Under the pieces are notes generated by a model. It had not been told where the DNA came from. It did no database searches and saw only the letters and a program-made list of their open reading frames with translations. Positions 11,432 to 21,575 of a stretch of 64,000 nucleotides of DNA are shown one piece after another. The number at the start of each line of letters is the position of its first letter. The stretch's first letter is position 1. Origin of the DNA: an uncultured Planctomycetota bacterium (GTDB lineage: Bacteria > Planctomycetota > Planctomycetia > Isosphaerales > Isosphaeraceae); NCBI GenBank assembly GCA_963823665.1, contig CAWGMQ010000008.1, positions 2,048,001-2,112,000 of the forward strand, written 5' to 3'. A program made the translations under genes and the position numbers.

Positions 11432-12616
11432 CTAAACCCGAACGCCCGCACCCATGCGCGCGAGCCGCGCCAGCTCGCTTCTGGGCCCCGGGTCGTTGGG
11501 CAGCAGGCGGGCCGCTTGCTCGCACGCGGCCCTCGCCTCCGTCAGCCGTTTGCCATCGGCAAGGGCGTAGCTCAGGTTGAAAAAAGTCGGGCCATAGTTC
11601 GGCCGATACCGCAGTGACTGCCGATACACCACCACCGCTTCCTCTCATGCCCAAATTGATGCTCGAAAACTGGAATGCGCCGCTAGCCCCGTCGTCGAGC
11701 AGAGCCATATACGCATCGCGGGCCTCGGCCAGTCGGCCCAGCTCTTGCAGTGTACCGGCCTCGCGGAACCGAAGCTCCACGTCGTGCGGCTGAAACTTCA
11801 GGCCCTGCCGGCAGGCCGCGAGCGCTTCCTCGGGCCGCTTTTGCTGCATCTCGGCCAACGCCAATAACGCAAAGGCCTTCTTCACGTGGGAATGGTGAGG
11901 CGGGGAGACGGCGAGGCTGCGGCGCAGGTAGTCAGCCGCATCCGCGGGACGGTTCAGGTGAAGCTGCGTCATCCCCAAGTTAAAGAGCGTAAACGGGTGC
12001 TCGGGCCGCTCGGCCAGCTCAAGTAACAGCAGCCGCATGTCGCGCTTCAGTTTCTTCGCCTGCCCGGCGGGGCTTCAATCGGACCCGGAGTGAACGACGT
12101 GCAGCTTGGTCACGGCAACGCGGGCGTTCATCCTGTTGATCGCGGGCAGAATCTGTTCGTGCATTCGCCCGTCAAACCGCAATTTCGGCAGGTTGCGAAA
12201 CAGCTTGACGTGATCAACGGCGCCACATCGTCGTGCTTGCGATGGACTCCAGGATCACACGCCAGCGGGAGCCATGAAGCGGATCGAACACCGATGCCGC
12301 GGAGTAGATCGACCCCGTCTCGCTGGGCCGCAAACACCAGATCAAACCGCGGCGCCTTTTCAAGGCAGCGGTCGAAATCGAGGTGAGTATCGATTGCCCA
12401 GAAAGCGCTCGGCCTGCACTCCGGCCGCAGGTGATAGCGCAGGCCGTCATCGATGTTCAGGTAGAGATCGAAGCCGGTGCGAGGCATACGCTCGAGCTCG
12501 TGAGGCTGAAAATGCTGAACCTCGACGAAGCGCTCGAGCGCGCGGTGGCAATAAACGCCGGCAGTTTCCGGCCGCAGGTTGGTATCGAAGATGATGGCGA
12601 CGCGTTGGATTTCCAT
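11432..12616 (-). pseudogene. Internally deleted glycosyltransferase/TPR gene (CgeB-like N-terminus, GT2-like fragment, TPR repeats)
   Basis: MEIQRVAIIFDTNLRPETAGVYC...WLPLACDPGVHRKHD joins abruptly near 12220 to VDHVKLFRNLPKLRFDGRMHEQILPAI, then TPRs (HPFTLFNLGMT...), with a second out-of-frame join near 11640 to the last TPR. Confidence 0.7.
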
Positions 12617-12730
12617 GGCTGTGGTCCGCAGAGTGGGGTGATCAAGGGAGAAGACGTCGGTCCGCAAGTGGACGGTCAGGAATTCAGCTCATCTTCGGGT
12701 GAAGGCGAAATTGGAGAATTCGGAACTTGG

Positions 12731-12930
12731 TCCGCAGATGACGCAGAGGAACGCAGATAAAGCCGGATCAGACTCTCAGGGACGACTTGAGCGAATGCTG
12801 ACGCGGCCGTGTCGCTCGAAAGTCAAATCCCCGGTCCGCAAATGGCGATCAGCTCAGATCAAAAAACGAGTCACTCGCAAGCGGAAGCGTCGCTTCGATT
12901 TCATCTGCGTCTATTTGCGTCCTCTGCGGA
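12731..12930. repeat. MITE-like element bounded by 28-bp imperfect inverted repeats
   Basis: TCCGCAGATGACGCAGAGGAACGCAGAT (12731-12758) and ATCTGCGTCTATTTGCGTCCTCTGCGGA (12903-12930); a related half-site is near 15200-15230. Confidence 0.6.
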
Positions 12931-12961
12931 CAGATGTCTTCTTTCCGCCCTCTCCGCTCAC

Positions 12962-15023
12962 TCACCCGCGGACCCGTTCTCTCAGCAGCGGCCGCCAATA
13001 CCGCTTGATGACATCCGGCCACATGAAGTCTTCTTCAAACCGCCTGCGCCCCGCCAACCCCATGCCAACCCCAAGCTGAGGCTCATCCAGCAACCGCCCA
13101 ATCTTCTCAGCCAGATCAAACGCATTCCCCGGCTCAAACAGCAGCCCGGTGAGTCCATCACTCACCGTATACGGCAACCCCCCAATCCGGCTGGCGATCA
13201 CGGGTTTACCTGCCGCCATTGCCTCAACCGAAGTAATGCTCAGCGCATCCTGAGCAATCGTGGGCACCAAACAAATATCCGCGTTCCGATAATGCCCGGG
13301 CAATTCATCCTGGGAGCACCACCCAACGGAACGGGTAAACTCATCAATCGGCCCCGCCGGATCAAACGTGACCACCAGTTCAAAGTCATTCCGAGTCTCG
13401 CGCAAAATCCGGCAAGCCTCGTGAGCGACATGAAAACCCTTGATCACTTCACCCGCGACGGCCGCCATAAAGAGCGTGGCCTTGGCCCCCGCACTCCCAT
13501 CTTCCTGTTGGGCGCGGGTCTCCCGACCCCGCCCGTGGCGTGACCGAAGGTCTCCCGCTTCCCCCGCGTCCCGGATGCCCGCAGTGACGTCTTCTGTGCC
13601 ACCGTTGACGCCAGTGTCATCCCCCAACCCCGTCACGATCCGCAGGCCAAGGAAACCGCGCCGGATCAATCCCCCACGGCACGATGCAAACACGGCGTGC
13701 GAATGGCTCGAGGAGTGCGGCTGTGATCGGATTGAGCACGAGCACGGCCTCGGCGTCGTAGAACATCTGGCGCATGAGGGTGTCGTATTCAGGCGTCCCG
13801 ACTCCGGCGAGGGCGCGTTCCACCTGGTGAAGGGCACCCGAAGGCTGGCCCCGTTCGGCGAGGCACTGGTGGCACACGTGTGGAGTGGCGAGCTGATTCC
13901 TGGGGCATTGCTCGGCCTTCACCGGCCCGATGCCAAGCAGTCTCAGGTTGTTGAGCGGGCACAGGCATTCCTGCGCCTGCATGAGCAAGATGGTCGGATA
14001 CCCGCGCATGGCCTCGGCCAGGTGAGGCTTCATATTCCAGGTGTCGGAGATCACCACATAGTCCGGTGCAAACCCATCCACCGCCGCCCGAAACCGCTCC
14101 CGAATCGAACCAACACTCCACTCCCGCTCAGAAAACTCAATCCCCTCGCTATTGGCTGTTGCCGTTGTTCGGCGCGGGTCTCCGACCCCGTCGTCTCCCT
14201 GACCGAAGGTCTCCGCCTTTCCTCCGCTCTCCGTCCTCCGCCCTCCGTCCTGATTCCCGCTCGCTGTTCGGCGCGGGTCTCCGACTTCGCCGTCTCCCTG
14301 ACCGAAGGTCTCCGCCATTCCTCCGCCCTCCGTCCTCCGCTCTCCGTCCTGTCGCGTGTCTCGTCCGATCCCCCAAGCCGGGTACCGTGCATAGAAGTGC
14401 CGCACCTCGAACCCATCGCGCCCGAGGAAGTCAACCAACCCCGCCGTATGCATATTGCCGCCACCAGTCGACGGCCAGTTAAACAGCAAGCTGACCACAG
14501 CCACGCGCACCGGGCGCGGCTCGCGCGCCTCCGGCTCCCCGCCATTCGAATTTCGAACTTCGAGTCTCGAATTTCCGTGCGCAGTCGACCAGCTCATTTC
14601 CGCGCGAACAAGCCCAAAGTTGAGCCGCGCCGGCAGACACGCCTCATCGGCTTCAACCACGCCGCGCCATTGCTCGCAAGCCTCGTCAAACTTGCCCCCC
14701 ATCGCTTCAAGAACCGCGAGATCATTCTGAACGAGCGCCCGAAGCCGCGGGCTTGTGCCTTTTTGGAAGCCGTGCGCGAGCCGCAAATAACCAGCCCGAG
14801 CGTCATCATACCGCCCCGCGCGTGCCAGCTCGCAAGCCTTCCAATACCCACCCGGCAGCCCATTCCTGGCACCGCTCGCCGCGCCATATCCCATGGCCAC
14901 CTGCGGCTCGTTCGCCTTCTTCTCACCCCTCCCAGATGCCTTCCCGCGCTTAGACACCGCTGCCCCCGACCAATTTTGGACTTTGGGTTGCTGAGCCCAA
15001 TCTGCGATTCGGTCCAACTCCAC
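12962..15023 (-). CDS. TPR plus GT4 (GT-B) glycosyltransferase with REP-derived in-frame insertions and one frameshift near 13620
   Basis: RVAVVSLLFNWPSTGGG, VPWGIDPARF, YRNADICLVPT, SVEAMAAGKPVIASRIGGLP, GLTGLLFEPGNA; ORFs 13617-15023 and 12962-13837. The start is uncertain. Confidence 0.8.
13507..14313 (+). repeat. Three copies of REP family GTTGGGCGCGGGTCTCC(C)GACCCCGCC..TGACCGAAGGTCTCC inside the GT4 gene (13507-13556, 14167-14214, 14266-14313)
   Basis: Direct sequence match to intergenic copies at 33532, 33602, 48796 and 53373. Confidence 0.85.
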
Positions 15024-15294
15024 GGTTCCTTCGACGGCCCTTTCGGCATCGCCCGGGTCAGTGACAACCCAGGCCCAGATCGATCCGTTCCGTCCCTTCC
15101 CCCGAATTCATTCGTGAGGATTCGCCCCATTCGTGGTCAACCAGTATTTCAGTCCTGCATCTTCCCGGCACCCTCGAATCTTCCTCGCCCGTGCCAATTC
15201 ATCTGCGCCCCATCGGCGTCATCTGCGGACAAATCTCCGTTCTCCATCGCTTTCTCATCCCCGTCCAACCACTTATCCGGCATCTTCCGTTCGC

Positions 15295-15678
15295 TCAAGT
15301 CGGTTCCTTCTGCGGACTGGGCCAGTTCGCCAGCGCATCCTTCAGCGCCCCGATCGCCAGCGCCGGGCAATGCAGCTTATCCGGCGGCACTCCGTCCAGT
15401 GCCTCGATCAGATTCTCGACCGTCAGCTTCCAGCATTCTGCGATCGATTTCCCTTTGATCATCTCCGTCAGCATCGACCCACTCGCAATGGTCGGCCCGC
15501 AACCGACTGTGTGGTATTTCGCCGACGCGATTCGCTCGTCCTCAACCCTCAAATAAAGGATCATGAACGCCCCTCGACCTGGCGCGCCAGCATGGCCGGT
15601 CAGGTCGGGGTTCTCGATCGCCCCACCGTTTCGGGGCGACATGACGTGCTCTGTCAGTGTTTCGGAGTACTTCCCCAT
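15295..15678 (-). CDS. IscU/NifU-like Fe-S scaffold protein lacking the first conserved Cys
   Basis: YSETLTEHVMSPRNGG, YHTVGCGPTIASGSMLTEMIKGKSI, LDGVPPDKLHCPALA; GAPGRGA stands where GAPACGD is canonical. Confidence 0.85.
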   Translation of the reverse strand: MGKYSETLTEHVMSPRNGGAIENPDLTGHAGAPGRGAFMILYLRVEDERIASAKYHTVGCGPTIASGSMLTEMIKGKSIAECWKLTVENLIEALDGVPPDKLHCPALAIGALKDALANWPSPQKEPT

Positions 15679-15711
15679 CTGCGAATTCCAACCTTCCCTG
15701 TACCAAGCAGC

Positions 15712-15937
15712 GACGGCCTTCCCCACATTAGTGCAAGGTCAGCGCACACATTGGACCTTTCGAGGACTGCTCAACGTTCACTCGTGTTACGGCCTGCCTG
15801 CTCGCTGCATCGCCAAAGCGACACATCTGTCTCGAAGGCGCCGACGGTTTCGTTACCTCCACCGCCGCTCCGATAGCTACCGGCTGGAGCCACCCAGTTG
15901 CCGGGTGGGAATCACACCCACTGAAGACCAACATGCA
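15712..15937 (-). mobile_element. 5' (domain I) fragment of a group II intron, no ORF
   Basis: Minus strand GTTGGTCTTCAGTGGGTGTGATTCCCACCCGGCAAC..CCAGCCGGTAGC..GGAGGTAACGAAACC..GGCCGTAAC..GAGTGAAC..GGGGAAGGCCG resembles bacterial group II intron 5' regions as I recall them. Confidence 0.6.
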
Positions 15938-15976
15938 CAGCGCTCAATAGGTCTGACCCCAGGCACGAGGACGATC

Positions 15977-16051
15977 TGAACCACAACGGTAAGGACCCGT
16001 ATGCCCTGTGGTGTGGGTGAGGTCGAGCCGCGATTAACGCCCTATCCCGAA
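15977..16051 (+). mobile_element. Degenerate 3' end (domains V-VI) of a class C-like group II intron
   Basis: GAACCACAACGGTAAGGACCCGTATGCCCTGTGGTGTGGG..CGCGA..CCCTATCCCGA resembles GAACCGCCGTGTACGGACCCGTACGCACGGTGGTGTGGG..CCCTATCCCGAT. Confidence 0.55.
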
Positions 16052-16089
16052 CAACCTCGAACGACTTGTGAATTGGGCACACATCTCCT

Positions 16090-16482
16090 CTATTCTCCGC
16101 GAATCACTTCCTGAACTTTGCCCTCCGGGCTGATCAGCACCACGCAAGATCCCCCTGGAACCGCCGGACGACGGGACACCTTTACGCGCCACCCAGAGTC
16201 AGCCTGGCTCGCCTCTGCATCCGCGTCTCGCTGAGCAGACCCGCTCAATTGTTCGACGTACTCGCGTGCGATGGCAATCGCTTCCGCTTCGTCGATGGGG
16301 TTCCGTCCTTCAGGACGTGATGGCTTGGATCCTTCGCGAGTTGCGGACCCGCCCGTTTGACCCCGATCCCCCTGCGTGCACGCGCACAAACTCGCGGCGT
16401 AGATCGCTCCTATGACAGTCGCATTTTCCCATGCGGGGCTGAGGCCTCGCCACCACACCCGACTGTTCCATTTGTTGCTCAT
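16090..16482 (-). CDS. Small exported/lipoprotein-like protein, possible immunity protein (PepSY/NTF2-like pattern)
   Basis: Hydrophobic stretch ending SLCAC; C-terminal IDEAEAIAIAREYV..WRVKV..PGGSCVVLISPEGKV; ATGA overlap with the upstream frame. Confidence 0.55.
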   Translation of the reverse strand: MSNKWNSRVWWRGLSPAWENATVIGAIYAASLCACTQGDRGQTGGSATREGSKPSRPEGRNPIDEAEAIAIAREYVEQLSGSAQRDADAEASQADSGWRVKVSRRPAVPGGSCVVLISPEGKVQEVIRGE

Positions 16483-16822
16483 GTGCAGCCCACCCTTGAG
16501 TGACATTCCGCCATGCAGCTGATCTGCTGCTGTTTAAGGCGGATATCGTACTCGACAAGACAGAAGATTTTCTCCGCGCCGGCGAACGAATCACACTCGT
16601 CACGTTTACTTCTTAATGCACTTGAGACCAGCTCTGGCCCCGGCGCACTCCTCGGTCGCAGGGTCCTTGCCACGGCGAAACGGCGGACGGTGCAGTCCAG
16701 CCGTGGGACAGTCTGTGTCGTCCAAGTGCGTTCGCTCGTGTTCCAACGTACACTCCCATTGGAAGCTATATTTCGTGGTCGGCCACCATGCACAAATATA
16801 CTTGCGACGTAACCGTCCGGTG
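16479..16822 (-). pseudogene. Truncated C-terminus of a Cys-rich HExxH metallopeptidase-like (polymorphic toxin-like) gene
   Basis: Manual translation: QWECTLEHERTHLDDTDCPTAGLHRPPFRRGKDPATEECAGARAGLKCI / SKRDECDSF..CMAECHSRVGCT* (one frameshift near 16610); cut off by the IS3 end at 16823. Confidence 0.5.
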
Positions 16823-18421
16823 TGTAGTGGTTCAGCGTGAAATGGAATTCCCGGATTGCGTCGTTAGCTACTGGTGGAGAAACGATTGAGTGGAACGATT
16901 TAGCGCATTGGTACCAATCCCGAAGCTGAGGTGAGGGGCGGCTTCCTGCCGCCCTTCCTTCGGTCTTGGTCCCTGGAACGGCGCTCAGGTCGTGTCGCCA
17001 CGGAGCCCTATCCTCCGCCCAGGCCATCGGCCATCGTAGATCCATTCGATGAGGCTGACAACTGCTGCGCCCTTCGTCAACCGACCTGACGCTGCTGGGC
17101 ACGGACTTCTTTTCGGCGACTCCTTGCCGCCTCGAGTTTGCGATCTCGGTCAGCAAAGATATGCTTGTCTTGACCGCACATCTTGGCCAGTGGTGTTACG
17201 TAGCCGATTGCACTATGAAGCCGCACCTCGTTGTAGTGCCGCACATAGCCCTCGACCAAGCGGATGGCATCCTCCACTGAAAGAGGTGTTCCCGGACGAA
17301 TGCATTCTGACTTGATCGAACGATGCCATCGCTCGATCTTGCCATTACTCTGGGGATAGTACGGTGAGGTTCTCACGTGCGTCATACCGCAGATGCGGAT
17401 GAATTCCTTGAAATCTCGAGCAATGAACTGAGGTCCGTTGTCGCTGATGATCCGGGGAGACACCCCGGGATATTGCTCGAGAGCTCGCTGGATAATTGTT
17501 TCGACGTCGTCTTCTTCCATCTTGGGCCGGATCTCCCAGTGCACGATCGACCGGCTGTAGCCGTCGAGCAAACTGCAAAGGAAGAAAAAGGTGCCGAGGA
17601 CGTTGATATAGGCAATGTCGATGTGCCAGTGCTCGTGCGGACCGAGCGGTTGCTGGAACCCTGTTCCTTTGAGCGAAGGCTTGATGTTGTGGCGGTTCAT
17701 TAGACCGGCGTCGCTGAGCACTCGGTACACGCTGGAAGGGCTGGTCGCAACAACGTCGGCATCGAGCATCATGAACGTAAGCCTGCGGTAACCCTCAAGC
17801 GGATTCTTGTCGTGAAACTCGATGATCGCCTGCTTTTCCCAGTCTTCGAGCCACCAATCGCGGGGAATCCAACCGTTGTGCTCGTTGACTTTGCCGTAAC
17901 GTTTTCGCCAGTCGTGGAACTTGCTCAGGCTGAAACCGATCCACTGGACGATTTGCTTGGCCGGGATTTCCGTCCGGTCCGACCAATAGCGAACGTAGTC
18001 GACGATCTGGTCACGAGTGTCGTGGGGAACCCAGGCTCCGGTCAGAGCTCCCCAAGAACTTTTTTTAGATTGACGTGCTCTTCCAGCAGCTCGGACACGA
18101 CCTCGTTCTTGCGCTGCAGTTTATCCTGAAGAGCAGCGATTCTGCGCTCCTGGTGCTTCTCCGGTGCCGAGCGAGTCTGCCCAAAGGCTGCGGCCCCGTT
18201 CTCGAACAACTGTTTCTGCCAGTTGTAGAACATCGATGGCTGGATGTCGTACTGATCGCAAAGATCAGAGACGGGGATACGCTCGATGAGATGGCGTCGC
18301 AGGATGGCAACTTTCTCGACCGCATCGTAGTGCTTACGTGGCTTGCTCATGGAAGACCTCCCATTCGAGTTATAAGCTAACTCGAAACCGCGGTCATTCC
18401 ATTTCCAACTGATTCAAAACA
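16823..18421 (-). mobile_element. IS3-family insertion sequence, about 1.6 kb
   Basis: Imperfect terminal IRs TGTAGTGGTTCAGCGTGAAATGGAAT and TGTTTTGAATCAGTTGGAAATGGAAT; orfA and orfB inside; no target duplication visible. Confidence 0.9.
17077..18350 (-). CDS. IS3 transposase OrfAB (orfA 18042-18350; DDE orfB to 17077) joined by a -1 frameshift
   Basis: HTH orfA (RKHYDAVEKVAILRRHL..FYNWQKQ); slippery A7G at 18059-18066; rve motifs WHIDIAY, ISDNGPQF, PQSNGKIERWHRSIKSE, RLHSAIGYVTP. Confidence 0.92.
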
Positions 18422-19051
18422 CTTGGGGCTCCCGAAGCGCTTTGCCGACGATTCCATAAAGGCACTGGGCGGCTGCCTCCAAGACTGGGCGCGATACCTA
18501 CAAATCGATGCGCTCTGATTTGATGAAGGCTCGATCCTGGCTGGCCTAGGAACAGACCTGCGAGGCAGGGTCATGCTCCGATGAAGATGTTGAACCGTCC
18601 CCGGGAAGACTGCCGAGCGTCATCGGTCGGCACGGTCGGCGGTCAGCGTAAACAGCTTTTGGCTTGGATTAGTGCCTCGGCAGATTTCGCTTTTGGATAT
18701 CCTTGATCGCGTCCCAAGTGAGCGGTTTCGTAGGGTCGGATGATCGAGTTGAACGTCTGAGACTTGCTGCTTCGGTCCGACGACACCGACGCGCGCATGA
18801 TGCCGCACGCGACGACGGAAAAGAGCTCGAGTCATCAATCGACTTGAGGAGCGAGCCGCGGTGCTCGTCCTCGGGGCCAGTCAACCAAACCTGCGATTGT
18901 ATTACCTCTCGCTCGTCGCCGCTGCCCTCTCGAGTTGCCATGCCTTTCTGACTGAAGAACGTGCAAGAGCGGCGGCTCCGGGACTTACCACCGTGACGCA
19001 CGTGGTACACGAACCGGGCGAAATCACCTGGTCTCACATGCAACACGGGGC

Positions 19052-19130
19052 GTCGTGCAGGACGTCTTCGAGCGTCACCCGCTGTTCCCAGCCAGAAATG
19101 CCCGAGGTGTGCGACAGGATGTGCCGGACC
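19052..19130 (-). pseudogene. Short fragment of a beta-lactamase-family serine hydrolase
   Basis: Translates to VRHILSHTSGISGWEQRVTLEDVLHD (LLxHTSG motif), with no flanking ORF. Confidence 0.45.
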
Positions 19131-19164
19131 AGTGCGCCCGATTTGCCAGCGGCGCAGGCACCAC

Positions 19165-19782
19165 TTACGGATGAGGTTTGCCGCCGAGCAAGCCAGGCGG
19201 GCATATCGCTAAGCTGAGCTGGACCACCTCGTCGCCGTCGAAATAGCCGTCATGATCTCGGTCGAAACTTCGGACGAAGGACAGGTCGACCTCCCGGAAG
19301 TAACAGCCGAAGGGGGTAAGTAAGCTCGCCACGCTTGTGAACGTGCGATCGGGCCCGTTGCAATCTCTGAGCATGCGGAGCGCTTCCTGGACGGTTCCGC
19401 ATTCTTTGAGCACGCGATCCAGGAGATTGAGGCTGACCAGATCCAGAGTGCTCTTGCCCGGGCCAGCCGAGGGACGTCGGGCGAGGGGATTCTGGGCCGT
19501 GGCATCGATGAAGAGTCCTGCGTCGTTCATACCTCCCTGCACACCGCCGAAGCGGAACCCGAAGACCACTCGACCATGTGCGCCTGGGGCCGCGGCGACG
19601 AATCGGAGCCGAGAGTGGCTGTCAATCCAGTCCTCGTTGTTCCCCACGAGAACTTGTCCCCCACGGCATGTCGTGAAAATCGTGCAGGCCCTTCCGGAAT
19701 CCGTGCACGAAAAGAATACGCAGAAGATCATCAAGGCCCCACGGGTACCATACGGCATATTCCATCCCTTCCACTGTTTCAC
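19165..19782 (-). CDS. Secreted Ntn-hydrolase-like (C45/choloylglycine hydrolase) protein with an EF-hand-like end, probably truncated
   Basis: Signal peptide then ACTIFT..VLVGNNEDW, GGMNDAGLFID, VLKECGTVQEAL; DRDHDGYFDGDE. Confidence 0.6.
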   Translation of the reverse strand: MKQWKGWNMPYGTRGALMIFCVFFSCTDSGRACTIFTTCRGGQVLVGNNEDWIDSHSRLRFVAAAPGAHGRVVFGFRFGGVQGGMNDAGLFIDATAQNPLARRPSAGPGKSTLDLVSLNLLDRVLKECGTVQEALRMLRDCNGPDRTFTSVASLLTPFGCYFREVDLSFVRSFDRDHDGYFDGDEVVQLSLAICPPGLLGGKPHP

Positions 19783-20054
19783 TTGACTACCAAAGCCTCC
19801 CGTTGAGGATTCGTTCCGGACGGTAACTTATTCTCGGGAGTTTGTTCAACGAACAAGGCTTCAGGCACGCCGAGGCCAGCAGGTTCGCACCCAGAACCGC
19901 TTCGTCAGAAACGCACGCGACGAAGGTCATCGGTGGATCGAAATCGTCGCCGTTCGGGTCCGCCACGGTTCAGGTCGTGGCCTCAGGGCCGCGCGACGCA
20001 AGCAATGGAATCGCCTGCTGACCAATAGCTCGTCAATCCGGGCCCACTCGGGCA

Positions 20055-21461
20055 CTACAAGCCCGCCCGCCGCCCCGGTCGGAGCAAGAAGTAATAAACC
20101 GGGATCCCCGCCAGGATGCTCAGCAACGAATAGATCGACACCCTCGGCCGCTCGACGAACGCGGCAACCGTCAAAATCGTTGTGACCGTGAGGAAGACCG
20201 CCGGAACAACCGGATAACCCGGTGTGCGGAACGGACGTGGCAGGTCCGGCCGGGTCCACCGTAGAACGTAAATGGTGCTCACCGTCAGCATCGAGAACAA
20301 AGCCAGGCCGACTCCCGCATAGATCACGATACTCTCGAATGACCCGGTCCACAACAGCACCAGGGCCCAGCCAACCTGCAAAGCCGTCGCGACGGCAGGC
20401 GTTCGGGAACGGCCCGTGAGCCGGCCCGCAATCGCCGGGAAGTGCCCGGCCCGTGCCATCGCGTACGCCACCCGCGGTCCAGTCAGCACATACGCGCTCA
20501 GCGAGGCCAGGAGCGTCAGGCCGATGGCAATTGAAAATGGTGCGGCCAGCGCCGGGCCGAACAGACGCCGCGCGGCCAGTTCAGCAATCGGCGCCACGGC
20601 TTCGAAGCCGTGACGCTTGGCGATCTCCTGGATCTCGCCGGCCGGCAGAGCCAGTGCGTACACCAGGTTCAAGCACAGGTAGAGAACGATCACGGACACG
20701 GTTCCCAGCAAGATGGACCGCGGCAGGCGACGGCCGGGGTCACCGATCTCGCCCGCCAGGTACGAGGCAGCGTTCCAGCCCGTGTAGCCATAGGAGATAT
20801 ATACCAGCGAGAACATCATCGCGCTGACGACGTGGAAATCCAGCGGCGGCCGATCGGCCAAACTTCCCCCGCGCGGCCAGCCCACCGCCAGACCCGCCAC
20901 CACCAGCGTGACCAGAACGCCGACTTTGAACACCGTGATCGCCGAATGCACCCACGTCGTGCCGCGCCGGGTCGTGGCATGAATCACGCCGAAGGCAACG
21001 ATCGCCACCGTCGCAAGCCCCAGGCGGGCGCCCCGAATCGTGGCCGCATCCAGATCGAGCGGGGCCAGCAGGTAGGAGGCCGCGGCAAACGCCGCCGCCG
21101 CGATCGGCGCCGCGAAGCCGATCAGGAACGAAACCCAACCCGACAGAAACGCCACCGCCGGGCCGTATGCCTCGAGCAGATAAACGTAGTCGCCACCCGA
21201 CGCGGGCATGGCAGCCGCCAGCTCGGACACCGTCATCGCCCCGCACAGCGCGACGATCCCGCCCAGGAGCCAGAGCCCCAGCATGAGCTGGTTGCTCCCG
21301 ACGGCCGCGACGGTGTAACCCGATGTGGTGAGCACGCCGACACCGACCATGCTCGAGATGACCACGAACGTCGCCAGTGCCAGGCCGTATTCCCGAGGTT
21401 TCGGCGCTTTTTCCAGCCCCTCGTATATGGCCTCGTCAATCCCGAGCTCCGGCATCGTCAT
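20055..21461 (-). CDS. APC-family amino acid permease
   Basis: About 12 TM segments; SMVGVGVLTTSG, PASGGDYVYL, YGYTGWNAASYLAGEI, LPRPFRTPGYPVVP. Confidence 0.92.
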   Translation of the reverse strand: MTMPELGIDEAIYEGLEKAPKPREYGLALATFVVISSMVGVGVLTTSGYTVAAVGSNQLMLGLWLLGGIVALCGAMTVSELAAAMPASGGDYVYLLEAYGPAVAFLSGWVSFLIGFAAPIAAAAFAAASYLLAPLDLDAATIRGARLGLATVAIVAFGVIHATTRRGTTWVHSAITVFKVGVLVTLVVAGLAVGWPRGGSLADRPPLDFHVVSAMMFSLVYISYGYTGWNAASYLAGEIGDPGRRLPRSILLGTVSVIVLYLCLNLVYALALPAGEIQEIAKRHGFEAVAPIAELAARRLFGPALAAPFSIAIGLTLLASLSAYVLTGPRVAYAMARAGHFPAIAGRLTGRSRTPAVATALQVGWALVLLWTGSFESIVIYAGVGLALFSMLTVSTIYVLRWTRPDLPRPFRTPGYPVVPAVFLTVTTILTVAAFVERPRVSIYSLLSILAGIPVYYFLLRPGRRAGL

Positions 21462-21575
21462 CTCGAAAGGTCTGGTGAGATATCGATCCCCATCGCGCGA
21501 GCCTCGGCCGGCAACGCACGACCACTCTCATCCAAAAAGAGTGACATGAAAATCGAACTTTCAGTTTCGCTTATT

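Noticed and set aside
13440..15458. Long plus-strand ORF (672 aa) and similar long antisense ORFs (9543-10829, 30099-31571, 55667-57220)
   Set aside because: They are shadows of recognisable genes on the opposite strand in GC-rich DNA and have no motifs.
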